Positions 20,855 to 31,028 of a stretch of DNA of 64,000 bases are shown one piece after another. Location: the NCBI GenBank assembly GCA_029887765.1, contig JARXPF010000001.1, positions 352,750-416,749 of the forward strand. Direction: 5' to 3'. Numbering within the stretch: position 1 is the stretch's first letter; each line of letters starts with the position of its first letter. The position numbers were made by a program, and so were the translations under genes. This DNA is from Thermoproteota archaeon (GTDB taxonomy: Archaea > Thermoproteota > Methanomethylicia > Methanomethylicales > Methanomethylicaceae). The notes beneath the pieces were generated by a model that did not search any database, was not told where the DNA came from, and saw nothing but the letters and a program-made list of their open reading frames with translations.

Positions 20855-21082
20855 TTATTTTTCGCTTTCTCCTCTTCTACATGCATAGAATTGGAGTATT
20901 TCATCTATTAATTCTACATGTGAAAGAAACATTCTTCTACAACAATACCTAGTTATATTTAATTCATCAAGAGCTTCTGAAGGAGTTTTACCATTCATTA
21001 GTGCTTTTTTATAACTTTCCCATTTATCTCCAATTAATTTACCACAAGTAAAACAACGTATTGGTATAATCAAATATATCAC
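20855..21082 (-). CDS. rpoN: RNA polymerase subunit N (Rpo10)
   Basis: [15 protein letters not shown]. Confidence 0.97.
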   Translation of the reverse strand: MIYLIIPIRCFTCGKLIGDKWESYKKALMNGKTPSEALDELNITRYCCRRMFLSHVELIDEILQFYACRRGESEK

Positions 21083-21489
21083 CTATATGACTTTTGCTTC
21101 TTTCTTCTTGCACTATATCCTCCATATTTTTTAGGTTCAGTCCTTCTTGGATCTTCAATAAGCATTCTTCTATCATATTCTAAAAGTTTTTTCTTAACTT
21201 CTTCTCCTCCAAATTCAGCCAAAATTTTTGAAATTACTATTCTAGCAGCTTCTGCTTGACCCATAAATCCTCCGCCCTTTACTTTAATGTCTATATCCAA
21301 TTTTGAAGCTATTCCATCTCCTGCAACTATAATAGGTTCCATTATTTTCATCCTAGCTATTCTAGGTTCATATAGTTCCAATGGTATGCCATTAATTAAA
21401 ATTCTACCACTTCCTTCATAAGCAGTACCTCTAGCAATAGCAGTTTTTCTTTTTCCACTCATTACTACAACTTTCATTATCCACTCCAC
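21079..21489 (-). CDS. rps9: 30S ribosomal protein S9
   Basis: [36 protein letters not shown]. Confidence 0.97.
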   Translation of the reverse strand: MEWIMKVVVMSGKRKTAIARGTAYEGSGRILINGIPLELYEPRIARMKIMEPIIVAGDGIASKLDIDIKVKGGGFMGQAEAARIVISKILAEFGGEEVKKKLLEYDRRMLIEDPRRTEPKKYGGYSARRKKQKSYR

Positions 21490-21911
21490 CCTAAACTTTT
21501 TGAAATTTCTTCAAGTGTTACATAAGGCCCTCTCAAATATTTTACATGAGCCTCTTCTATTTGAGTAAAGTTAACAGATTTTAACTCCTCAGGAATGCCA
21601 ATATATACTTTTAATCTTTTCAATGCCTTTAAACCAGAAGGTCTTTTTGGTAACATATTTTTTATGGCATGATATACTAGTCTGTCTGGCGACTTATGTC
21701 GTTTAGGACCTACTTTTTCAGGATTTTTCCAAGTCCTTATACTTAACCATTTTTTATAATCTTCAATTATAGCATTTCTTCTACCTGAAACAACTACTTT
21801 TTCAACATTTACAATAACTACTTTATTACCATTAAGTAAATATTTAGCCACTCTACTTGCCATTCTTCCTAATCTCAAATTAGTTCCATCTATATAGATT
21901 ATATTGGACAT
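21477..21911 (-). CDS. rpl13: 50S ribosomal protein L13
   Basis: LGRMAS.VAK, VIVNVE, IKNMLP. Confidence 0.95.
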   Translation of the reverse strand: MSNIIYIDGTNLRLGRMASRVAKYLLNGNKVVIVNVEKVVVSGRRNAIIEDYKKWLSIRTWKNPEKVGPKRHKSPDRLVYHAIKNMLPKRPSGLKALKRLKVYIGIPEELKSVNFTQIEEAHVKYLRGPYVTLEEISKSLGWSG

Positions 21912-21916
21912 TTTCT

Positions 21917-22291
21917 CTACCTCAATATTTTAACATTTTTTCCTTTTGGATTTATTGCAATAAGCTCTTCAAGAGAAAGAGCTTTTCCACCACTTTGTAT
22001 AATTTTTATTTTTGCAGTTTGACTAAATGAAAGAGCTGCTATATCAACTTTCTTTGATAAATTACCAAATCCTAAAACTTTACCAGCTACAACAACACAA
22101 TCTCCTTCTTTAGTCAATTTATCAATTTTTCCTATATTTATAACAATTCTTCTTCTACTTGGAATACAAAGAGCTTCAGAGAGAGCTCTCCATATTTTTG
22201 CTTTATGTATATTAGAGGCTTTTCTCAATAATCTTATTAATCTTCTTGTTCTAGGATTAGTTGGTAATGTTCTTTTAACCATTTGACTCAC
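21917..22291 (-). CDS. rpl18e: 50S ribosomal protein L18e
   Basis: TNP, VVVAGKVLG, FS..AK.KI..SGG. Confidence 0.95.
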   Translation of the reverse strand: MSQMVKRTLPTNPRTRRLIRLLRKASNIHKAKIWRALSEALCIPSRRRIVINIGKIDKLTKEGDCVVVAGKVLGFGNLSKKVDIAALSFSQTAKIKIIQSGGKALSLEELIAINPKGKNVKILR

Positions 22292-23099
22292 CTTCTATAG
22301 TGGATTCTATGGCTTCACGAAGTTCTTTACACTTTTGAACTAAGTAATCACAGGCCATGATTAATAATTCTTCATTTGATCTTGATCCTGTGGTTTCTAA
22401 AGTTAATCTAGCTTTTTTTTCATTATATGAAACTTTTATTGCATTCTTAGGACAAATTTCTTCACATACTTTACATAATGAACATGTCCAAATTGATTTT
22501 ACTAATAATTTATTTTCTTTTATTTCAAGTATTTTTTTTGGACATTTTTCTACACAAATTCCACACAAATCACAATTTTCATTAATTAAAACAATTGGTT
22601 CATATTTTACAACACATATTGAAACAGGTTGCCATTTTGCATGATCCTTCCCTCTCCCTAGTCTAGCATATGCCACTAAGGATATTTTTTGTCCTGTATT
22701 TAACTTAAGTATTGGTATGTTATTACTTACTGGATAAACTGATCCATCTGACTTTAATCTACCAGAATACACTATAGAGAAATCTTCCTTTGCTTCTACA
22801 TCAAGAAAAAGAGCAGCTTCGCATAAAGGACAACCTTTACCTTTACAACTACATTTTTCAGGAATATTGAGATTCTCTCCACCTTTAAGTGGAATCATAC
22901 TTAATCTATGAGCTATTATTTCATCATATAATACACTAGTATTTTCAGCTATGTAGACTTTATCAATAGCAGGAATATAGAGATCCGCCATTATTATTCT
23001 TCTTATAGCATTAACAAAAGAAGGATGTGCTCCTTTTATTATAATATGAAGTTGTTCATTGTTGGAACAAATTGATTCTACTTCCATAATAATCCCCAA
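22275..23099 (-). CDS. rpoD: RNA polymerase subunit D (Rpo3) with ferredoxin-like domain
   Basis: NAIRR, EIIAHRLSMIP, GRGKDHAKWQP; two CxxCxxCxxxCP motifs. Confidence 0.96.
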   Translation of the reverse strand: MGIIMEVESICSNNEQLHIIIKGAHPSFVNAIRRIIMADLYIPAIDKVYIAENTSVLYDEIIAHRLSMIPLKGGENLNIPEKCSCKGKGCPLCEAALFLDVEAKEDFSIVYSGRLKSDGSVYPVSNNIPILKLNTGQKISLVAYARLGRGKDHAKWQPVSICVVKYEPIVLINENCDLCGICVEKCPKKILEIKENKLLVKSIWTCSLCKVCEEICPKNAIKVSYNEKKARLTLETTGSRSNEELLIMACDYLVQKCKELREAIESTIEGESNG

Positions 23100-23101
23100 T
23101 G

Positions 23102-23497
23102 CTATACCCTTCTTCCTTTTCTTCCACCAGGTCTTCTAGTAGTATCATGTGGAATTGGTGTAACATCTTCAATTCTCCCAATAATTAAGCCTGCTCTAGC
23201 AAGAGCTCTAATAGCAGCTTGAGCACCAGGCCCAGGTATTTTACTCTTATGTCCACCTGGTGCCCTGACTTTTATATGTATGGCATTTATTCCTTTCTCA
23301 AGAGCTGCTTGAGCTGCTCTTGTTGCAGCCATCATAGCTGCATAAGGTGATGGTTTATCTCTATCTGCTTTAACAATTCTCCCTCCAGATTGAATAGCAA
23401 TAGTTTCTGCTCCTGTAATATCTGTAATATGAACAATAGTATTATTAAATGAGCTATAAATATGAGCTACTCCCCATTTTAAATCTTTACTAGACAT
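23102..23497 (-). CDS. rps11: 30S ribosomal protein S11
   Basis: [30 protein letters not shown]. Confidence 0.97.
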   Translation of the reverse strand: MSSKDLKWGVAHIYSSFNNTIVHITDITGAETIAIQSGGRIVKADRDKPSPYAAMMAATRAAQAALEKGINAIHIKVRAPGGHKSKIPGPGAQAAIRALARAGLIIGRIEDVTPIPHDTTRRPGGRKGRRV

Positions 23498-23987
23498 TCT
23501 TTACCTCACCTACAATTGGAAGTTTACATTTTATCATAGATTCTTCTTCTCGAGTAACTAGATATCCAGGTATGGTAACTTTTCTATCACCAATATATAT
23601 ATGACCATGAGTAATTAATTGTCTTGCTTGATATGGAGTTTTTGCAAGATTTAATTTAAAAACAATAGATTGAAGACGTCTTTCTAAAATATCTTCTACA
23701 GTGAGTCCAAGCACATCATCTAATACTGCATTCTCTGGTAAAAGGCCCATTCTATATAGTTTATTTATTAAAATTTTTTCTTCTTTTTCTTTTTGTTCTT
23801 TTTCAAGACCTAATATAGAAATTGCACGTCTCCTTATGGTCTTTAATATTGAATTTGCAATCCATAGCTCTCTTTTATTTCTAAGTCCATATTTGCCCAT
23901 TATAATTAATTCTTTTTCTAATACATCTTTTCTCCAAGGATGATGAGGGCCTTCCCAACGTTTTCTACATTTCTTTGGATCTCCCAT
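23490..23987 (-). CDS. rps4: 30S ribosomal protein S4
   Basis: [30 protein letters not shown]. Confidence 0.97.
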   Translation of the reverse strand: MGDPKKCRKRWEGPHHPWRKDVLEKELIIMGKYGLRNKRELWIANSILKTIRRRAISILGLEKEQKEKEEKILINKLYRMGLLPENAVLDDVLGLTVEDILERRLQSIVFKLNLAKTPYQARQLITHGHIYIGDRKVTIPGYLVTREEESMIKCKLPIVGEVKNV

Positions 23988-24000
23988 TTTATTTCACCCA

Positions 24001-24465
24001 TTATTTCTTTTGTTGTTGCTGTGCTGATTTTCTAACTACACCTACAGTCATACCAAATCTTCCTGTAGTCCTTGTACATTGACCACGAACTTTTAATCCT
24101 AAAGCATGACGAATGCCTTTCCAACATTTTATTTTCTTCATTAAGTCTATGTCCATTTTCATTGAAAGAACTAAATCTGAGCCTAACAAGTGTAGATTTT
24201 TACCAGTTGCTGGATCTTTTCTTCTATTAAGGAGATAAGGGGGGAGGTATGAGCTTAAATTTGACACAGTTTCCTCTATCTTCTTCACATCACTTTCTTG
24301 TAAATAACCAACCCAAGTATTTGGATCTATGTTACAAATACGAAGAATTGCAAAAGCAGTATTTATCCCAATACCCCTTATCTTAGATAGAGCATAACCT
24401 ACTTTCTCGTCTCCTTTCAAATCTGTATCTAATATTCTAACGATATGTCTATATGAGGTGCTCAA
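24001..24465 (-). CDS. rps13: 30S ribosomal protein S13
   Basis: IRGIG, NRRKD..TG, WKGIRH..GL.VRGQ.TRTTGR; TTG start. Confidence 0.97.
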   Translation of the reverse strand: MSTSYRHIVRILDTDLKGDEKVGYALSKIRGIGINTAFAILRICNIDPNTWVGYLQESDVKKIEETVSNLSSYLPPYLLNRRKDPATGKNLHLLGSDLVLSMKMDIDLMKKIKCWKGIRHALGLKVRGQCTRTTGRFGMTVGVVRKSAQQQQKK

Positions 24466-24571
24466 TTTACATCGCCCTATATTTTAAAGCAAAAAATAAC
24501 ATAGATAAAGGATATTTAAGAATTTCTCATTTTAAGACTCATACTTTAAGATGAGTAATTTTTAAATATAA

Positions 24572-24671
24572 TGGCGCCGAGGGGGGGATTTGAACCCCCG
24601 AGCCCATTATGGGCACAGGCTCTCCAGGCTTGAGCAAACTTCTGCTCCCTTCCAGACTAGGAGACCTCGGC
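24572..24671 (-). tRNA. tRNA-Ser(GGA) with 12-nt non-canonical intron at position 29/30 (24630-24641); CCA encoded
   Basis: GCCGAGG/CCTCGGC acceptor, CAG[AAGTTTGCTCAA]GC-CTGGAGA-GCCTG anticodon arm, long variable arm, GGGGG-TTCAAAT-CCCCC T arm. Confidence 0.92.
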
Positions 24672-24705
24672 TAATTTATAATTTAATTAAAATAATCCTT
24701 TAAAC

Positions 24706-25314
24706 TCACCGCTTTATTGATTGAAAAACACGATAACCAGACTTCTTAATTATTATATTAACATTTCCAAAAGTTTCAAACATCTTCTTTGGTATAGTAT
24801 TTAAGCCTTTTCTTAATACTAGAACAAGACTTCCATTTTCTTTTAAATGTTCTTTTGCCCTTTCAATTAAAGGAAATATAATCTTATATCCAGCTGCTAA
24901 TGGAGGATTAGATACTATTAAGTCAAATTTTTTATTCTCAAGTTGAGAATATAAGTCACTTCTAATTACTTTAACATTTGAAAGTTCGTTTATTTTTACA
25001 TTTTCTTTAGCTAATCTTATAGCAATTGGATTGATATCAACCATAGTTATACTTGATTTAGGACGCATCTTCGCTATAACTATTCCAATTACTCCATATC
25101 CACAACCCAAATCTAATATTTCTAAATTTTCTGGTATTCTTAAACATTCAAAAAGACCTTTTAATAATACTTCAGTACCAGTATCTATGTGCTTCTTGGA
25201 AAAAACACCATTGCAACTAAGTAACCTTATCATAACCCCTTCAAAATTGAATTTTATTTCATACTCTCTTCTTTTATCTTTAACTTTTCCTATAAAGTAA
25301 TGTGAATTACTCAC
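24706..25314 (-). CDS. Class I SAM-dependent methyltransferase (RsmC/MTS-like)
   Basis: GVFS...D.GT, LDLGCGYG, SNPP motif. Confidence 0.9.
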   Translation of the reverse strand: MSNSHYFIGKVKDKRREYEIKFNFEGVMIRLLSCNGVFSKKHIDTGTEVLLKGLFECLRIPENLEILDLGCGYGVIGIVIAKMRPKSSITMVDINPIAIRLAKENVKINELSNVKVIRSDLYSQLENKKFDLIVSNPPLAAGYKIIFPLIERAKEHLKENGSLVLVLRKGLNTIPKKMFETFGNVNIIIKKSGYRVFQSIKR

Positions 25315-25349
25315 ATGTAGAATTTATAAAAAAATATTTTATATACTTA

Positions 25350-26321
25350 TCAATCCCAACTTTTAGGATAAGTACCAGGCTCCATTATTACCCTTTCTAT
25401 ATCCACGACTATTCCATGATTCAATTCTAAAATTTCCTCACTAGATTTTAATGCTTTTCCTATACCTATCAACTCTCCTTTTAATGTCATAACACATACA
25501 TAATCTCCAGCTTTTATACCTTTACTAATTTTTAAAACACCTGGTGCAGCAAGATTTGCTCCATGACAAATAGCATCTACAGCTGAATCTCTAACATAAA
25601 TTTTGGGAAAATCAAGAACTTCTTCTATTGGTAAAATTACTTTTCTTAAAAGAGATTCATCATTTTTTTCCTTCCATAAAGTTATAGCATCTAATAATGA
25701 ATGAAGAGTTATCGAATCTTTTTCATTAAAAGGACCTGCCCTAATTCTACGTAATTCCCTCATATGTGCACCACAACCAAGTACTTCACCAATATCATGA
25801 CATAATTTTCTAATATAAGTCCCGGCTTCACAATTAACTTTCATTAATACATATTTTCCAACTCTCTCGAGTATTTTTATAGAATAGATTTTCCTAATCC
25901 TTAATGCTCTCTTTACTGAAGACTTTATTGGAGGTAGTTGATATATAGAGCCTGTAAATTCTGAAATTGTTTTCTTAAGAGTATCATCATTTACTTCTCC
26001 ATGTAATTCCATTACAGTAACGTATTCCTTTCCAGATTTCATTATGAAAGAGACAAGTCTTGTTGCTCTTCCAAGTGTTATTGGTAAAACACCAGTAACT
26101 TTTGGATCTAAAGTGCCCCCATGTCCTGCTCTATTTATAGAAAGCAATCGCCTAACCCATGCAACTACTTCATGACTAGTAGGCCCAGGAGGTTTATCTA
26201 AATTTATAACACCAGTTTCAATGTATTCTTTTATTGGTCTAGATCTAGGGTAAAATCCATAATTTAAATCAGTTGATTCTTCATCCTTTATTAAAAATTC
26301 TTCATTATTCAAATACAACAC
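25350..26321 (-). CDS. cbf5: RNA-guided pseudouridine synthase Cbf5
   Basis: DKPPGPTSHEV, GHGGTLDP (catalytic Asp), GTYIRKL, PUA domain. Confidence 0.97.
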   Translation of the reverse strand: MLYLNNEEFLIKDEESTDLNYGFYPRSRPIKEYIETGVINLDKPPGPTSHEVVAWVRRLLSINRAGHGGTLDPKVTGVLPITLGRATRLVSFIMKSGKEYVTVMELHGEVNDDTLKKTISEFTGSIYQLPPIKSSVKRALRIRKIYSIKILERVGKYVLMKVNCEAGTYIRKLCHDIGEVLGCGAHMRELRRIRAGPFNEKDSITLHSLLDAITLWKEKNDESLLRKVILPIEEVLDFPKIYVRDSAVDAICHGANLAAPGVLKISKGIKAGDYVCVMTLKGELIGIGKALKSSEEILELNHGIVVDIERVIMEPGTYPKSWD

Positions 26322-26872
26322 CGTGGCTTTAGATATAAGTCTATTATTTGCTTTAATAATAATATTATTTCTTCTTTATTCCATTTAGCAGTATTTATTA
26401 CAAAATCGTAAATAGATAAATCATCTATGTCAATATTGTATAATGCTTTATAACGAGATTTTTCACTTAACTCCCTCATTTTAGTACGTTTTTCTGCTTC
26501 TTCAATATTAATACCTTCTCTTAAAGCAATTCTTTTAACTCTTTCTTCAAAAGGTGCATTTAAATAAAAGCTCAATACATTCGGATGTGTTCTTAAGAAA
26601 AATGAAACTAACCTACCTTCAATTATACACCCACCACTTTTTGCTAATTCAATAGTTCTTCTATCTAATTCTCTATCAATTGATGGATCTTTTTCAGCAA
26701 TTTTAGAAAACTCTTCTATAGAAAGGTTTCTTTCCATTGCCATTTTTCTAAATAATTGACCTATTGAATAATGAGGAATATTATATATTTCAGCTAATTT
26801 AGATGCACAATAAGATTTTCCAGCCCCAGCTGGACCACTTATTGTTATAATTAATGATTTAATTCCATTCAA
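26309..26872 (-). CDS. cmk: Cytidylate kinase, archaeal type
   Basis: ITISGPAGAGKS, FRKMA.ER, IEGRL, R...RY..LY.ID. Confidence 0.92.
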   Translation of the reverse strand: MNGIKSLIITISGPAGAGKSYCASKLAEIYNIPHYSIGQLFRKMAMERNLSIEEFSKIAEKDPSIDRELDRRTIELAKSGGCIIEGRLVSFFLRTHPNVLSFYLNAPFEERVKRIALREGINIEEAEKRTKMRELSEKSRYKALYNIDIDDLSIYDFVINTAKWNKEEIILLLKQIIDLYLKPRCCI

Positions 26873-26881
26873 TTATAACAC

Positions 26882-27412
26882 CTAATCTTGAGCTGATGGG
26901 AGATTGAATATTCTTTGAATTAATGCTGAAAAACTTATTGATGTAATTATATACCATGTTAAAAAAGTAAACTCTTTACCTATAAATGGTAAAGTTAATG
27001 GAGAAATTGCAACAACCATATGATTATATTCAAAAACTCCAGTAAATAAATAATAGATTATCAAGAATGGAACTAAAGTGAATATTAATGGCTTTAATTG
27101 TTCACGCATCATTTCAGCTTGAAGTCTTTTTATTATTACTTCTTTTTTCTTAAGTTTTTCAATTTGTTTTGAATCTTTTGATTTTACAGCATTCATATAA
27201 GCAGTTTGCCACTCTTTTACTTGAGTCATTATTCTCCTTACTTTTTCTACATCTGTAAGTAGGCGAGTAATTAATGATGAAAAGAGGGCCATAAGTAAGG
27301 CAATAATTAAAATAGTTATAGAAGAATTAGGAAATTCTCTAGCAGGTCCTAAAAAAGTAGATATTGCAGATACTATAAATAAATAGAAATCATTTAAAGC
27401 TTCTAAAACCAT
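26882..27412 (-). CDS. DUF106 / EMC3-TMCO1 (Oxa1-superfamily) membrane protein
   Basis: Three hydrophobic segments with a cytoplasmic coiled coil, WY..S motif; follows secY-adk. Confidence 0.88.
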   Translation of the reverse strand: MVLEALNDFYLFIVSAISTFLGPAREFPNSSITILIIALLMALFSSLITRLLTDVEKVRRIMTQVKEWQTAYMNAVKSKDSKQIEKLKKKEVIIKRLQAEMMREQLKPLIFTLVPFLIIYYLFTGVFEYNHMVVAISPLTLPFIGKEFTFLTWYIITSISFSALIQRIFNLPSAQD

Positions 27413-27416
27413 AATT

Positions 27417-28025
27417 TCACCCCTTAAATAATGAAGCTATGGTTCTTCCAAGCTCTCTATAAGCGCCTTCTTTATTTTCCAGTATTAAAACTGTACATCC
27501 AGTTAATATAGATAATGAAGCCGCACCTGCCCTTCCCATTAATTGATGTTCTTGAATTTTTTCAATACTATCTTCTTCTCTAATTCTTATATTAGCATCT
27601 TTTCTTCTTCTCTTTGATATTTCATTAGGATCTGCTTCTATTATAACTATTGAATCTGGCATTAAAATTTCAGCAACCCATGCAGGAATGCCGGCCATAT
27701 AGCCATTATTAGTTTTTATAAACATATGAGTGTCAAGAATTACATTTTTTTCTTTTGCTATTTCATTTATTCTATTAGCAGCGCTTAATTGTAGAGAAGT
27801 TTGAATTCTTATTGGAAGTTTACGAATTTCATCTCTATTATTTACAAGATTTTTTGAAAGAGCTTCTTCAAACATTAAATCACCATAATTTATATAATTA
27901 ACATCAACTCCAAATTCCTTACAAAATTCCATAGCTGAATTTAAAACTGTAGTTTTACCAACACCAGGTATGCCTGTAACAATAATTAACTTTCCTTTTC
28001 TTTCAATTTTTTTCATTTTTATCAC
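27417..28025 (-). CDS. adk: Adenylate kinase, archaeal type
   Basis: TGIPGVGKTT, NYGD.M, RDEIRKL, DTH, G.P. Confidence 0.94.
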   Translation of the reverse strand: MIKMKKIERKGKLIIVTGIPGVGKTTVLNSAMEFCKEFGVDVNYINYGDLMFEEALSKNLVNNRDEIRKLPIRIQTSLQLSAANRINEIAKEKNVILDTHMFIKTNNGYMAGIPAWVAEILMPDSIVIIEADPNEISKRRRKDANIRIREEDSIEKIQEHQLMGRAGAASLSILTGCTVLILENKEGAYRELGRTIASLFKG

Positions 28026-29446
28026 TCCCTTCCTAAAAGTTTACCAATTCTTGGATATAATTCTTCTAATTGTTCTTTAGCAAGGAATTGATAATATTGA
28101 TAAATTATACCTACAGATAATAGAATTCCAATTCCCGTACCTATTGCACCAAGTATATCTGCTATACCTGCTAATAAGCCAACAATTATACCACTCAGTA
28201 TTGTAAGAGGTGGAATATAGCGATTTAACATTTGTTCTATTATCATTGGAGATCTTCTAAAGCCAGGTATTTGTAATCCTGCTCTTACTAATTGTTCTGC
28301 TTGTGCCTTTGCACCCATACCTGCTACTTCTACCCAAATTCTGGCAAATATTACAGAAAATAGTAGTAAAATTAGAATATAAACCAGAGCATGAATTGGA
28401 TCCTCCATAACATGTAGTATACTCCTTGGAGAAGTAATATAATAAAGAAAACAACCAGGAAGAACACTTTCATGTGTAGCAGTTACATTCATCATAACAA
28501 ACCAATTAACCCATGGATTATTGTTTAGAAAATTAAAGTTTTGCCAAATTAATCTTCCAAACATATAAAAGTTTGCAAATAAAACTGATGTTAAGATTAT
28601 GGGAATGTTTGAAACATATAGTAATTTGAGTGGAATTTTAGCACGAAGTCCTCCATATTTTTGATGAGCAACTGGAATTTCAATTCTCATTCCTTCTAAG
28701 TAAACAACTAATAAGAATATCCCTACCATAGCTAAAAATCCAGTCATATCAGGATAGGGATCTCTCATGAAAGCATTAATTATATTATCTCCAACTATTA
28801 ATGTTTGAAAGAAAGCTAATAATGCTCCAAGAGATTTTCCATCAGGAAGAGGACCTATTGGAGAAAAAGTTAACCAAACAATTTGTTGAGAAACTCCTGC
28901 AAGTATAAATAAGCTTACACCACTTCCAATACCCCAACCTTTTTGAATTAATTCATCCATTAATATTACAAGAATTCCAACTAAAGTTAATTGTAAAATT
29001 ATTATAATTGATATTGTAAAATCTGGCCTACCATAACTTCCACCTATTAAGAAAGCTATAGCTTCAAATATAGTCATTATTATGGCAAGGAATTTTTGTG
29101 TACCTGTAAAAAGAGCACGATCTCTTGGCTTACTGAGGTCTACATTTATAAGCTTAGAACCTGCTAATATTTGCATTATTAAACCTGCTGTAACTATAGG
29201 GCCTATCCCTAAATCCATCAATGATCCTTTCTTTGAAGCAAAGATTATTCTATAAATCAAAAGTTGTTCATATTCTGTAGTAAAAATAGGAACGCCATAA
29301 AGAGGTATTTCACACATTATTAAATATATTGCAAGAACTAAACCAGTCCATAACAATCTTTGTCTTAAATCTAATTTACGTTGAGGTTTAGGAACTTCGG
29401 GGAGGATTCTTAATATGGGCTCCATTAAATCTAAAAAGCGTGTCAT
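28022..29446 (-). CDS. secY: Preprotein translocase SecY
   Basis: LPEV..P, LGIGPIVTAG, KGWGIGSGVSLFI, YVSNIPII, GTGIGILL. Confidence 0.97.
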   Translation of the reverse strand: MTRFLDLMEPILRILPEVPKPQRKLDLRQRLLWTGLVLAIYLIMCEIPLYGVPIFTTEYEQLLIYRIIFASKKGSLMDLGIGPIVTAGLIMQILAGSKLINVDLSKPRDRALFTGTQKFLAIIMTIFEAIAFLIGGSYGRPDFTISIIIILQLTLVGILVILMDELIQKGWGIGSGVSLFILAGVSQQIVWLTFSPIGPLPDGKSLGALLAFFQTLIVGDNIINAFMRDPYPDMTGFLAMVGIFLLVVYLEGMRIEIPVAHQKYGGLRAKIPLKLLYVSNIPIILTSVLFANFYMFGRLIWQNFNFLNNNPWVNWFVMMNVTATHESVLPGCFLYYITSPRSILHVMEDPIHALVYILILLLFSVIFARIWVEVAGMGAKAQAEQLVRAGLQIPGFRRSPMIIEQMLNRYIPPLTILSGIIVGLLAGIADILGAIGTGIGILLSVGIIYQYYQFLAKEQLEELYPRIGKLLGRE

Positions 29447-29459
29447 AGCCTCAGCTACC

Positions 29460-29915
29460 TCAATTTATTAAAATTACCTCCCCACCTGCTTCAGTAATTT
29501 TTCTTTTAGCAATTTCAGATGCTTGTTTTACTTTAATAACAACTGGTAAATCTATTTTTCCACTACCCAATAACTTATCATAACCCATATTGTTTAAATC
29601 AATAATTACTCTATCTTTCTCATCTTTTTCCAAAATCTTACCTTCAATTATGGACATTAATGAACCCACATTAATACAATTTTTATAATCTACAACTACT
29701 TTAGGTCTAATAAATCCATATTTTCCAAAATGATCCTTTCCGTATTTTATAGTCCAACTCCACTTATGTTTATGAAGACCTGCATTGCCAAATCCTCCAC
29801 GCATTCCAGATTTTCTATGTTGCCCTACAGTCCCCCAGCCATAAGTTCTAGATCCACGTTGTTTTCTAACTTTTTTTTCTCTTCGAACCACCATAGTTAA
29901 TCCCCTTGAAATCAA
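29460..29915 (-). CDS. rpl15: 50S ribosomal protein L15
   Basis: RGSRTYGWG, GGFGNAG, KLLGSG, KITEAGG. Confidence 0.96.
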   Translation of the reverse strand: MISRGLTMVVRREKKVRKQRGSRTYGWGTVGQHRKSGMRGGFGNAGLHKHKWSWTIKYGKDHFGKYGFIRPKVVVDYKNCINVGSLMSIIEGKILEKDEKDRVIIDLNNMGYDKLLGSGKIDLPVVIKVKQASEIAKRKITEAGGEVILIN

Positions 29916-29948
29916 TGTTTTAAAACAATTAAAATCTTTTATATATTT

Positions 29949-30416
29949 TTATATCATCCTCAATAATAATTCATTAATGGCTTCTCCTCTATATCCTAAT
30001 TCCCCACCTTCTTCAAAATGTCTTGTTATTTTACCTTTAAAACCACCACTAGGAGGGGTAAGCCTAAATACTTTCTTCATCATTCTAGGTAATTTACCTT
30101 CTTTAATTATCTTATCTGCAAGTTCTTCAAAACTTGATGCTCCAAGTTTAATTAAGTCTTCTTCTGTAATCCTTTTATTACCAATTAATCTACCTCTTTT
30201 CTTTAAGAGAAGAATTAAGGTTTCTTTATTTATTTCTCCCCAAGTTATATAATCTGAGGCTTTTTTCAACATGCCAACCATAGATGGAGTATCTGGTACT
30301 AAACATGCATTATGTTTTCTAGTTAAATTTAGTCTTTTTAATGTTTCAACTATATCTGGATGAATGCCAATTCTTCCTCTTATCCTTATAGCAGCATATA
30401 ATTTCATTAAAAACAC
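29949..30416 (-). CDS. rpl30: 50S ribosomal protein L30 (uL30, long archaeal form)
   Basis: AAIRIRG, YITWGE, FRLTPPSGG, GELGYRG. Confidence 0.96.
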   Translation of the reverse strand: MFLMKLYAAIRIRGRIGIHPDIVETLKRLNLTRKHNACLVPDTPSMVGMLKKASDYITWGEINKETLILLLKKRGRLIGNKRITEEDLIKLGASSFEELADKIIKEGKLPRMMKKVFRLTPPSGGFKGKITRHFEEGGELGYRGEAINELLLRMI

Positions 30417-31022
30417 CTACTTCTTTAGTAAATAAGTCTTCTTAAGAGCATTGTAAACAGCTCCTGCAAAATTCATTGTTGTCCTAGTTTCTCCTCTAGA
30501 AACTACCCAAGCATCTTTAATACCTGCAAAATTAAGTATTGTTCTAGCTACTTCCCCTGCAATTAATCCAACACCTTTTGGAGCTGGCATTATTGTTACA
30601 GTTACACTTCCACATTTACCAGTTACAGTAAATGGAACACTATGTGGATTTCCACATGGACAGCGCCAATGTCCACAACCACGTTTTACTGGTATTATAT
30701 TTAATTTTGCATCTGCTATAGCTTTATCTATAGCAAATCTCATTTGTTTTGATTTTCCTGTACCTAAACCAACATAACCATCAAAATTTCCAATTACAAC
30801 GCCAATTTTAAACTTAGTAATTTCACCTGCATCTGTTTGTTTTTGAACAACTCCAACATCCAATATTTCATGTTTTATTCCAGGAAGAAGTATATCAATT
30901 ATTTCAGGTTCCTTTATTGGAATATTTTTTTCAAAAATTTCCTTTAAGCTAGTTATTTTACCTTCTAATACTAACTTACCAAGAGTTGTTCTTGGAATCC
31001 ATTGAGTTTGTTGATATGACAT
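30417..31022 (-). CDS. rps5: 30S ribosomal protein S5
   Basis: WIPRT.LG, VQKQTDAG, RGCG.W, PAPKGVG. Confidence 0.97.
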   Translation of the reverse strand: MSYQQTQWIPRTTLGKLVLEGKITSLKEIFEKNIPIKEPEIIDILLPGIKHEILDVGVVQKQTDAGEITKFKIGVVIGNFDGYVGLGTGKSKQMRFAIDKAIADAKLNIIPVKRGCGHWRCPCGNPHSVPFTVTGKCGSVTVTIMPAPKGVGLIAGEVARTILNFAGIKDAWVVSRGETRTTMNFAGAVYNALKKTYLLKK

Positions 31023-31028
31023 ATAATT

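Noticed and set aside
24537-24556. ACTCAT-N8-ATGAGT hairpin between tRNA-Ser and rps13
   Set aside because: Only 6 bp in AT-rich DNA; insufficient to call a terminator or operator
26095-26135. cbf5 intron as known from Crenarchaeota
   Set aside because: The sequence around GHGGTLDP is continuous and in frame with no insertion
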